Shown: piece by piece, positions 54,566-62,794 of the stretch
Numbering within the stretch: position 1 is the first letter of the stretch
How the letters are laid out: each line of letters begins with the position of its first letter
Assembly (NCBI RefSeq): GCF_002854065.1
Contig: NZ_CP024147.1
Direction: 5' to 3' (one strand)
Source of the DNA: Escherichia coli
GTDB taxonomy: Bacteria > Pseudomonadota > Gammaproteobacteria > Enterobacterales > Enterobacteriaceae
DNA length: 64,000 nt
Translations under genes and position numbers: made by a program
Notes under the pieces: generated by a model
Databases searched by the model: none
Told to the model about the DNA's origin: nothing
What the model saw: only the letters and a program-made list of their open reading frames with translations

Positions 54566-55013
54566 AAAAGACAACACACTGCTACTGCTTGAGGCAGCTC
54601 TGGACCGTATTTTACGCGGTGAATCACAGAAAATAGCACCATCCCGAAAACTCAGTGTTCGGGCGGTTGAGGTAGAATCAGGACTCGGTAATGGTAGTGC
54701 ATATTACCACACTAAAATTATCGAAAAAATCAAACAAATAAAAAACTCTTCCATAACGACAGGAAGTTTAAATCATCAACATCGAAAATGGAAACAAAAA
54801 GCACTTAAGGCTGAAAAATTAAAAAACAAATTCCGGGATGAAAACATTGCATTAAAATTATTAAATTCACAAATTGCCGCAGATCAGTATAGACAAATGA
54901 GCACTTTAAGAGATGCCTTACAACGTATATTGGAACTCGAAAAAACAATTGAAGAATTGAACATTGAACTGGTTGAGACCAGACGTAAAAACATTACTCT
55001 ATTTAAGCAATAA
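54558..55013 (+). CDS. small coiled-coil hypothetical protein, possible recombination accessory factor
   Basis: 151-aa ORF, basic and coiled-coil rich, translationally coupled to the preceding ORF. Confidence 0.45.
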   Translation: MSKKDNTLLLLEAALDRILRGESQKIAPSRKLSVRAVEVESGLGNGSAYYHTKIIEKIKQIKNSSITTGSLNHQHRKWKQKALKAEKLKNKFRDENIALKLLNSQIAADQYRQMSTLRDALQRILELEKTIEELNIELVETRRKNITLFKQ

Positions 55014-55738
55014 CTCAGTTATAACACAATACGATTTACAATAGATAGTTTCGCGATGATAAGCATTACTGCGTACCGTGAATATCCTACGTTATACAGG
55101 GTTACGGGTAAAAACTATCGGGTCTGCGGTGAGACATGTCATTTTCATCGGTACATCCCCCGTTAAAGGGGAAATTATCTTTCCGGTCTTCATTTTCTTA
55201 ATAAAGTCCAATTTTTGCTCAGTGTCATCCTGGTATCTCTTTCATTTCTGATTATCCCACACAGAGGATTCAGCCAGAAAAGTACATTTTTCAGTTTCTA
55301 TCCCCTCACTCCGGCTCCTCCCCTTTCAACACTGATTTCGGGAAAACAAGCATGCGCCTAAAAAACAATCAAAACAGTCCGTATAAGTTACTTAGGTTGT
55401 CTGCTACTACAATCCCCTACCTTCTCAGTCAGTTGTTTATGGACTGACAGGAAGTAAAAAAGCCTATTAAAAAGAGCAAAAATAAGCAGCTAAACAAACA
55501 GGAAGCCTCTCAATCAAATGATAGTATTCCGAAATCAGCAGTTCAGCATGTAATAGGTACACGAGGGAGTTATGGTCTCTAATGAGTCGAGTTCACCAAG
55601 CACAAGAAGGATGGAAATTGCCGGACACCAAACTCTGGAAAAGTCCCATCCTGCCCAGAAGCCTTCCCCCACAAGGCTTTCCAGTTTTTCTACAGTTAAA
55701 TCGTGTATGGGTACTGCGTGACCATGCGTTAAATGTTA

Positions 55739-55769
55739 AAGGGCTAAGAGTAGTGTGCTCTTAGCCCTT
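55739..55769 (-). terminator. hairpin downstream of dinQ
   Basis: AAGGGCTAAGAG tagtgtg CTCTTAGCCCTT. Confidence 0.4.
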
Positions 55770-55785
55770 AATTACGTTTCCGCTA

Positions 55786-55869
55786 TCAGTTCAGAAGCTG
55801 AAGCAGAAAGCGGATCAGTTCCAGCAGCGCAATTAACGCCCCAAGAACGATGATTGCTTTATCAATCAC
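55786..55869 (-). CDS. dinQ: DinQ small membrane toxin (27-aa peptide; longer in-frame ATG at 55914)
   Basis: Minus-strand translation gives VIDKAIIVLGALIALLELIRFLLQLLN-stop from GTG 55869; below the size cutoff of the ORF track. Confidence 0.75.
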   Translation of the reverse strand: MIDKAIIVLGALIALLELIRFLLQLLN

Positions 55870-55929
55870 CCGTTTTCTCCATGCGATGGAGTGAGAATGC
55901 ATCCGCTTACTCATCCATTGCCTGTCACG

Positions 55930-56020
55930 GCGCATGCCCTATTGTTAGATAATGGCATTCTCACTCCGGCCAGAGCATCAGTTAACGGCACCACCCGTAC
56001 CACTGATCAGGACTTTGAAA
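55930..56020 (+). ncRNA. agrA: agrA-like antisense region overlapping the dinQ 5-prime leader (approximate bounds)
   Basis: 33-nt core GTTAGATAATGGCATTCTCACTCCGGCCAGAGC (55944-55976), repeated 199 bp downstream; part is reverse-complementary to the dinQ leader segment GGAGTGAGAATGC (55888-55900). Confidence 0.4.
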
Positions 56021-56062
56021 GCGTTTATGCGCATTGCCAGAGTGAAAATGCCTCAGAGCTAA

Positions 56063-56078
56063 CTGGATAATCATACAG
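56063..56078 (-). promoter_or_regulatory. candidate LexA box (CTGT-N8-CCAG) for dinQ
   Basis: Minus-strand CTGTATGATTATCCAG about 150 nt upstream of the longer dinQ start. Confidence 0.35.
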
Positions 56079-56129
56079 TATATTCAGGTTATAAAACCAG
56101 CATGTCCTTGCAATAGTTTCAGTATGGTA

Positions 56130-56227
56130 TTAGCATTGATGCGTTAGATGATGGCATTCTCACTCCAGCCAGAGCCACCAACTCAGGGCTGGAAAGTAAA
56201 AAAACCGACGCAAAGTCGGTTTTTTTA
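56130..56227 (+). ncRNA. agrB: agrB-like small RNA with intrinsic terminator (approximate bounds)
   Basis: Second copy of the 33-nt core (56143-56175, 31/33 identical) followed by ACCGAC gcaaa GTCGGT hairpin and T-run (56197-56227). Confidence 0.4.
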
Positions 56228-56334
56228 CGTCCTGATTCAGACCTCCTTTCAAATGAATAGCCAACTCAAAATTCACACCTATTACCTTCCTCTGCACATA
56301 CGCATTCGTTAAACCATATATGTTTTTGACTTAT

Positions 56335-56391
56335 CCGCTTTGGTTTGTAACGCTGGTGGCGCTGGCGCTACGTCTCTCTTTCACTTTGTAA
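56335..56391 (+). pseudogene. arsB: arsB 3-prime remnant (last about 17 codons)
   Basis: ...PLWFVTLVALALRLSFTL-stop closely matches the C-terminus of the intact island ArsB; no upstream arsB sequence present. Confidence 0.6.
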
Positions 56392-56403
56392 TGAGATAAT
56401 GAT

Positions 56404-56772
56404 ATGAGCAACATTACCATTTATCACAACCCGGCCTGCGGCACGTCGCGTAATACGCTGGAGATGATCCGCAACAGCGGCACAGAACCGACCATTATCC
56501 ATTATCTGGAAACTCCGCCAACGCGCGATGAACTGGTCAAACTCATTGCCGATATGGGGATTTCCGTACGCGCGCTGCTGCGTAAAAACGTCGAGCCGTA
56601 TGAGGAACTGGGTCTTGCAGAAGATAAATTTACTGACGATCGGTTAATTGATTTTATGCTGCAACATCCTATCCTGATTAACCGTCCGATTGTGGTGACG
56701 CCGCTGGGAACTCGCCTATGCCGCCCCTCGGAAGTGGTGCTGGAAATTCTGCCAGATGCGCAAAAAGGCGCG
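56404..56772 (+). pseudogene. arsC: arsC truncated at about codon 123 by IS1
   Basis: MSNITIYHNPACGTSRN... reads into the IS1 terminal repeat at 56773; differs from the island arsC at several residues. Confidence 0.8.
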
Positions 56773-56787
56773 GGTAATGACTCCAAC

Positions 56788-57291
56788 TTATTGATAGTGT
56801 TTTATGTTCAGATAATGCCCGATGACTTTGTCATGCAGCTCCACCGATTTTGAGAACGACAGCGACTTCCGTCCCAGCCGTGCCAGGTGCTGCCTCAGAT
56901 TCAGGTTATGCCGCTCAATTCGCTGCGTATATCGCTTGCTGATTACGTGCAGCTTTCCCTTCAGGCGGGATTCATACAGCGGCCAGCCATCCGTCATCCA
57001 TATCACCACGTCAAAGGGTGACAGCAGGCTCATAAGACGCCCCAGCGTCGCCATAGTGCGTTCACCGAATACGTGCGCAACAACCGTCTTCCGGAGCCTG
57101 TCATACGCGTAAAACAGCCAGCGCTGGCGCGATTTAGCCCCGACGTATCCCCACTGTTCGTCCATTTCCGCGCAGACGATGACGTCACTGCCCGGCTGTA
57201 TGCGCGAGGTTACCGACTGCGGCCTGAGTTTTTTAAATGGCGGAAAATCGTGTTGAGGCCAACGCCCATAATGCGGGCGGTTGCCCGGCAT
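56788..57291 (-). CDS. insB: IS1 InsB
   Basis: 167-aa ORF inside IS1. Confidence 0.85.
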   Translation of the reverse strand: MPGNRPHYGRWPQHDFPPFKKLRPQSVTSRIQPGSDVIVCAEMDEQWGYVGAKSRQRWLFYAYDRLRKTVVAHVFGERTMATLGRLMSLLSPFDVVIWMTDGWPLYESRLKGKLHVISKRYTQRIERHNLNLRQHLARLGRKSLSFSKSVELHDKVIGHYLNIKHYQ

Positions 57292-57485
57292 CCAACGCCA
57301 TTCATGGCCATATCAATGATTTTCTGGTGCGTACCGGGTTGAGAAGCGGTGTAAGTGAACTGCAGTTGCCATGTTTTACGGCAGTGAGAGCAGAGATAGC
57401 GCTGATGTCCGGCAGTGCTTTTGCCGTTACGCACCACCCCGTCAGTAGCTGAACAGGAGGGACAGCTGATAGAAACAGAAGCCAC
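57210..57485 (-). CDS. insA: IS1 InsA
   Basis: 91-aa zinc-finger/[28 protein letters not shown]. Confidence 0.85.
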   Translation of the reverse strand: MASVSISCPSCSATDGVVRNGKSTAGHQRYLCSHCRKTWQLQFTYTASQPGTHQKIIDMAMNGVGCRATARIMGVGLNTIFRHLKNSGRSR

Positions 57486-57554
57486 TGGAGCACCTCAAAA
57501 ACACCATCATACACTAAATCAGTAAGTTGGCAGCATCACCTTACCAGGGATACG

Positions 57555-58058
57555 ATGTTCTTCACCGCGATGAAAAACATTCTGAGTAAAGGTAATGTCG
57601 TTCATATACAGAACGAAGAAGAGATCGACGTAATGTTGCATCAGAATGCCTTCGTCATTATTGATACATTAATGAATAATGTATTTCATTCTAATTTTCT
57701 CACTCAAATCGAACGATTAAAACCTGTCCATGTCATTATTTTCTCCCCCTTTAATATTAAACGCTGCCTGGGGAAAGTGCCGGTGACCTTTGTTCCGCGG
57801 ACTATCACTATCATTGATTTTGTCGCACTCATCAATGGCAGTTACTGCTCCGTGCCTGAAGCGAATGTGTCACTTTCGCGCAAGCAACATCAGGTTCTGA
57901 GCTGCATTGCGAATCAAATGACAACGGAAGATATTCTGGAGAAACTGAAAATATCGCTAAAAACGTTCTACTGCCATAAACACAATATCATGATGATCCT
58001 CAATCTTAAGCGGATCAATGAGCTGGTACGCCATCAGCATATTGATTATCTGGTGTGA
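57555..58058 (+). CDS. dctR: LuxR-family regulator DctR (YhiF)-like, 5-prime end and promoter replaced by IS1
   Basis: C-terminal LuxR HTH; reading frame is open back into the IS1 end; first in-frame ATG at 57555. Confidence 0.6.
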   Translation: MFFTAMKNILSKGNVVHIQNEEEIDVMLHQNAFVIIDTLMNNVFHSNFLTQIERLKPVHVIIFSPFNIKRCLGKVPVTFVPRTITIIDFVALINGSYCSVPEANVSLSRKQHQVLSCIANQMTTEDILEKLKISLKTFYCHKHNIMMILNLKRINELVRHQHIDYLV

Positions 58059-58118
58059 ACGATTGATCAATATAAAGAGGCCCAGCAATAAATAGCCAGA
58101 CCTCCCGTTAATTATACG

Positions 58119-59147
58119 TTATGCAGCAACGCCTTCCGGTATCAGCGAAGCAATTTGCTTACGCCATTGCGCTTGCTCCTGTTCGCCTTCTGTACGTTGA
58201 CCATAAAGTTGCGCTATCTGCGTACCATCATGGGCAAACAATTCCAGACTGGTTACGTAGCCATCGCTGGTCGGTTTACGGGTAACCCAGGCTTCAGCAA
58301 TGCTCTCTTCTAATAGATGAAGAGTAAACGTCGGGTTGAAAATATTCAGCCAACCTTTCATTGGCACCACTTTTTCTACCACACCAGTGAAAATCTGTAC
58401 GCAGCCACGGTTGCCAACAAACACCATGATTTCATTACCATCCTGCTGTGCAGATTCAAGAATTTGCGCCAACGCACTGTTGGATACTTTGCAGGCCAAA
58501 TCGTCTGCCACCAGATTGAACGCCTGTTGGCGCGTCAGATTGTGGCGCTTTAGCAACGTAAAAAACTGATGAACGTCGGTCATCGCCCGCCACTCTTGCT
58601 CGACCACAGTGGCATCGGCTCGCGTTTGAACAACTGGCGCATCAACGGCTTTTAACTCAAGCGGCATATTCTCATCGGTGATAAACCGTGCCAGAAGCTC
58701 ACTCCATGCCGCCATATCGGTATTGTCGGTGGCATAAACTTTTAGTAATGCATCACCCTGATGATCAAAGAACTGAATACTCTGGCGTTCGCCACGAGCC
58801 GTGTTTTCTTTGATGTGGAAAACACTGGCCCATTGATTGAGAAACAGACGTAAATCCAGCGCGCGCGGATTGAGGATCAATCCGGCATGTCCGTTCAAAT
58901 GCTGGTTTGTGAACGTACCAACTTGCTCATGGACTGCATATTCATTACGACAAATACATTTGGTTTCGCCAACACTTTCGAGCGCCGCCAGAATTTCACG
59001 GATATCGCCGTGCATCCGCCACGCATCGTGCGTGACGCGTGCAAATGCCAGTTCTGCTTCTCTAATATTCATTAACCCTGCGATGTCACGCGCGTACTTT
59101 CCGGGATTTTGTTCTTTTAACTCAAGCCAGCGTGTGTAGTGGTTCAT
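58119..59147 (-). CDS. chuS: heme utilisation/degradation protein ChuS
   Basis: 342-aa ORF immediately downstream of chuA. Confidence 0.8.
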   Translation of the reverse strand: MNHYTRWLELKEQNPGKYARDIAGLMNIREAELAFARVTHDAWRMHGDIREILAALESVGETKCICRNEYAVHEQVGTFTNQHLNGHAGLILNPRALDLRLFLNQWASVFHIKENTARGERQSIQFFDHQGDALLKVYATDNTDMAAWSELLARFITDENMPLELKAVDAPVVQTRADATVVEQEWRAMTDVHQFFTLLKRHNLTRQQAFNLVADDLACKVSNSALAQILESAQQDGNEIMVFVGNRGCVQIFTGVVEKVVPMKGWLNIFNPTFTLHLLEESIAEAWVTRKPTSDGYVTSLELFAHDGTQIAQLYGQRTEGEQEQAQWRKQIASLIPEGVAA

Positions 59148-59195
59148 TGTCTCTCTTCCTTCCAGATAAATGCCCCGAAATATCGGGGCAGATGA

Positions 59196-61178
59196 TTACC
59201 ATTGATAACTCACGAAAATTTTTCCGTTACGACCATCCTGTGGGATGCCTTGCGGCGACCAGTACTCTTTGTCGAAAGCGTTACCCAACACCAAAGTAGT
59301 GGTCATACCTTTGAGCGCCTGTTGTCCTTGATAACTGACGTAGAAATCATTCACGCCATAGCCTGGTTGTTTGCTGTAACTGCTGCTGATATGTGTTGAG
59401 CGATCGGCAAACGTACCAACCCACCCAACAGAGAAGCCACTGTGAGCGATCGGAATATTCAGAGTGCTGGTAACAGTATCCGGGTTAATGCTGGAGATGT
59501 ATTCGCCGGTATCGGTGTCTTTGCCGCGGGTACGGTTATAGGCCACATCAAGGCTAAACAGATCAGTGGTATATTTCGTCATCACATCCCAGCCCCAGAT
59601 TTTGGCGTTCGGGACGTTATACGACATAGTCGTCGCCGCCGCGAAATCGACGGTCGTGGAGATGTAATCCTTCGCTTTGGTATCAAAGTAGCTGGCTTTA
59701 AATTCCAGAGCATCATTGGACAACATCAGGTCATCAAAACGCAGCCCAAAACCGTACTCCTGAGTTTCGTTAGTTTCCGGACGTAAGTTCGGGTTTGGCA
59801 CCCAATAGTTGGTATAGAAGCGACCAATCGAGAAGTGCTTAGAATCGTTATACATTTCGCCCATCGTCGGGGCGCGGAATGCCTGGGCATATGAGCCAAA
59901 TAACATCAGCCAGTTAGTCGGATTGATAGTCATCCCCGCACGAGATGACCATTTGTCGGCATCAACATCTTTGTAACCGTCACTGCTACCGCGATAACTG
60001 TCATAGCGGGTTCCGCCAAGCAGGGTAATCGGCAGATCGCGTAAGGTGATCTCATCCTGTAGCCAGCCGGAGCTAAAATCGATTTTTGCTTGCGGGAAGC
60101 CCGTCGTCGCGCCGCCCGGATGTTGTTCCTGACGATAATACTCACCGCCATATGTCAGTAAGTGAGAAGCGAAACTGTCGGCAAAGAGAGTGGAACGGTT
60201 CTCCAGCCTGGCTCCTTTTGTTATCTGTTCACGATACTCGCCGGAACTCCCCGTGTTTTGCGCATTAATACGGACTTCCGACCAATAAATTTTTGCATCT
60301 GCATTTAACCAGTCGTTGCCCTGCGGGGCGAGTTTATAAGAAAGCTGCGCATCGCGTTGAATTGTTGAACGATCAACCATCGGGTTGCTGCTTTCAGAAG
60401 CCTCAACGGTCTGCGGATTTTTTGGTTCACGCGCGTCGTTGTTGTAGTAACGCACTAAACCGCTCAGAGACTGGGCTGAATCAATTTGCCAGGTCCCTTT
60501 CGCCAGCATGTTATTAATGGACTCGTCATTCGGCGCGGTTTCACCATTGCTTTGCCGTAAATCACCCCGATCGCGACTGGACCAGGCCACAATACCATCC
60601 AGATTTTCAGTTCGCCCAAACGCGCTCGCGCCTAATCCCAGGCTATGGTCCCCCGTACCGCCAGTACCAAAGACACGAAAACCACTGCTTTGTCCTTCCT
60701 GCAATAAATCTTTTGCATCGACCGTATCGTAGGAGATCACTCCACCCAGCGCGCCACTGCCATACAGTAATGCTGAAGGTCCGCGAACAATCTCAACACG
60801 CTTGATCAGCGCCGGATCGAGAAAAGTGCCATTCAGGTGTCCGGTATCCGTTCCCTGGCGAACACCATCGATAAGAACCAGCACGCCGCGATGATCATAG
60901 CCACGCATATTTACATCCTGACCGTTGGTTCGTCCGGTACCATCCAGAGTAATTCCAGGAACATGACGCAGCAGATCGGTGGCTGAAGTAGCCGTTTGAT
61001 TTTCAGGAGCGGAAGTGTCGATGACGCTGACCATCATAGGCGTTTCGAAGGAACTACGGGCATTCCCCGTTGCCGTAACGGTCATGGTTTCAGTAGCAAA
61101 AGCAAACGTTGGCAAGGTGGCAGAAACAGCCAAGGCCAACAAACTCAAACGCAACGAGGTAAATTGCGGACGTGACAT
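59196..61178 (-). CDS. chuA: TonB-dependent outer-membrane heme receptor ChuA
   Basis: 660 aa; signal peptide, TonB box ETMTVTA, C-terminal ...FVSYQW. Confidence 0.9.
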   Translation of the reverse strand: MSRPQFTSLRLSLLALAVSATLPTFAFATETMTVTATGNARSSFETPMMVSVIDTSAPENQTATSATDLLRHVPGITLDGTGRTNGQDVNMRGYDHRGVLVLIDGVRQGTDTGHLNGTFLDPALIKRVEIVRGPSALLYGSGALGGVISYDTVDAKDLLQEGQSSGFRVFGTGGTGDHSLGLGASAFGRTENLDGIVAWSSRDRGDLRQSNGETAPNDESINNMLAKGTWQIDSAQSLSGLVRYYNNDAREPKNPQTVEASESSNPMVDRSTIQRDAQLSYKLAPQGNDWLNADAKIYWSEVRINAQNTGSSGEYREQITKGARLENRSTLFADSFASHLLTYGGEYYRQEQHPGGATTGFPQAKIDFSSGWLQDEITLRDLPITLLGGTRYDSYRGSSDGYKDVDADKWSSRAGMTINPTNWLMLFGSYAQAFRAPTMGEMYNDSKHFSIGRFYTNYWVPNPNLRPETNETQEYGFGLRFDDLMLSNDALEFKASYFDTKAKDYISTTVDFAAATTMSYNVPNAKIWGWDVMTKYTTDLFSLDVAYNRTRGKDTDTGEYISSINPDTVTSTLNIPIAHSGFSVGWVGTFADRSTHISSSYSKQPGYGVNDFYVSYQGQQALKGMTTTLVLGNAFDKEYWSPQGIPQDGRNGKIFVSYQW

Positions 61179-61467
61179 AGCGATTCTCCATGAGGAAAAT
61201 AAAAAATGCTGGCTGCCTGGGTTAATACCGGGGTGGCTGGCGAAAAATAAATTTATTTAAAATTCAGAGCGATAATATTCGCCGGGTGAGTTTACAGGCG
61301 TTTATATCCCATGAAATTGCCTGATAACTCGGCAATTACGCAAAAGCACGCCCTCTTTGTCAGGCAAAACGATATGCCCCATCAGGAGTGAAGAGAGCTG
61401 TGCGTTATCCCTTGCAAATGCTATGGTTTTGTTATCCATATGGTCGTGTTTTGTTAAATGCAAACGT

Positions 61468-61486
61468 GATAATGAGAATTATTATC
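61468..61486. promoter_or_regulatory. Fur box upstream of chuA
   Basis: GATAATGAGAATTATTATC, 17/19 match to GATAATGATAATCATTATC; about 290 nt upstream of chuA start. Confidence 0.6.
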
Positions 61487-61818
61487 GATCAATTTTTTAT
61501 GATCAAGTTTTTTTTTAACCACCATTAACACAATAAACAGGGGGTTATGAAACCTATCCTGCGCCCTGTAAACCACCTTGTTTTTATGGTTATCCCCCCA
61601 TGCCTCATCACTAAATTTTGTCGTTAACAGTGATAATTTTTTCTTCTCTTTGCTCTGCAAGCCTCGATATCTCTGGGTTATCAGCTTTTTCCCGCGATGA
61701 AATTTAGTCGGTAACAAGAACGTTAGCTGACGAAGCATCTTGATAAAAATCAAAAATAAATACGCTTGTAACGCCTTGCGTATTGAATCGACGGTTGTAT
61801 TTCATATATAACTCAAAT

Positions 61819-61837
61819 GATAATCATAATCATTCTC
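61819..61837. promoter_or_regulatory. Fur box upstream of chuT
   Basis: GATAATCATAATCATTCTC, 17/19 match to consensus; 24 nt upstream of ATG 61861. Confidence 0.6.
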
Positions 61838-61860
61838 AATTTGATAAGAGTTCTCACATT

Positions 61861-62775
61861 ATGCCAAGGATCATCACCAGGCCGTTTCTTTTTTCCCCAC
61901 TGACGTTATGTATTTCAGCCGTGGCCTCTGCCGCGAAGACCGCAGTAAAACGAAAAAAATTGTTTACGGCAGTACTGGCTCTTAGCTGGGCTTTTAGCGT
62001 AACGGCTGCCGAACGTATCGTGGTCGCAGGAGGATCGCTGACGGAGCTAATCTACGCGATGGGCGCTGGCGAACGCGTGGTTGGTGTCGATGAAACGACA
62101 TCTTATCCACCAGAAACCGCCAAACTGCCGCATATTGGCTACTGGAAACAACTCAGCAGCGAAGGCATTTTGTCACTTCGCCCGGATAGCGTAATTACCT
62201 GGCAGGATGCCGGGCCACAAATTGTGCTCGACCAACTACGAGCGCAGAAAATCAACGTCGTCACCCTGCCGCGTGTGCCTGCCACCCTTCAGCAGATGTA
62301 CGCCAACATTCGCCAACTGGCAAAAACGCTACAGGTTCCTGAACAAGGCGAGGCACTGGTGACAAAAATCAGCCAACGCCTGGAGCGAGTACAGCAAAAC
62401 GTGGCGGCCAAAAAAGCCCCGGTTAAAGCCATGTTTATTCTCTCCGCGGGCGGAAGTGCGCCACAAGTTGCCGGTAAAGGCAGCGTCGCGGACGCCATTC
62501 TTTCGCTTGCCGGAGCAGAAAACGTCGCTCCCCACCAGCAGTACAAAAGCTACAGTGCAGAATCACTGATTGCGGCTAATCCAGAAGTGATTGTCGTAAC
62601 CTCACAAATGGTTGATGGCGATATTAATCGGCTACGTTCTATTGCTGGAATTACCCACACTGCCGCATGGAAAAACCAGCGCATTATCACCGTTGATCAA
62701 AACCTGATTCTGGGAATGGGTCCGCGTATTGCTGATGTCGTTGAGTCTTTACACCAGCAGCTTTGGCCGCAATAA
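61861..62775 (+). CDS. chuT: periplasmic heme-binding protein ChuT
   Basis: ATG at 61861 downstream of the Fur box; the ORF-track start at 61783 would overlap the Fur box. Confidence 0.8.
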   Translation: MPRIITRPFLFSPLTLCISAVASAAKTAVKRKKLFTAVLALSWAFSVTAAERIVVAGGSLTELIYAMGAGERVVGVDETTSYPPETAKLPHIGYWKQLSSEGILSLRPDSVITWQDAGPQIVLDQLRAQKINVVTLPRVPATLQQMYANIRQLAKTLQVPEQGEALVTKISQRLERVQQNVAAKKAPVKAMFILSAGGSAPQVAGKGSVADAILSLAGAENVAPHQQYKSYSAESLIAANPEVIVVTSQMVDGDINRLRSIAGITHTAAWKNQRIITVDQNLILGMGPRIADVVESLHQQLWPQ

Positions 62776-62794
62776 ATGGATTTAAATCAGACGA

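Larger units (their letters stand above)
56773..57540 (-). mobile_element. IS1, 768 bp, no flanking target-site duplication
   Basis: Terminal repeats GGTAATGACTCCAACTTATTGAT ... ATCAGTAAGTTGGCAGCATCACC; flanks AAAGGCGCG versus TTACCAGGG do not match. Confidence 0.9.

Noticed and set aside
55582-55764. 60-aa ORF between the recombinase module and dinQ
   Set aside because: Overlaps the dinQ terminator hairpin, has no RBS and a low-complexity product; this interval more likely holds the island junction
61454-61753. 99-aa minus-strand ORF in the chuA-chuT intergenic region
   Set aside because: AT-rich low-complexity translation overlapping the Fur box and the likely chuA leader; more likely non-coding regulatory DNA
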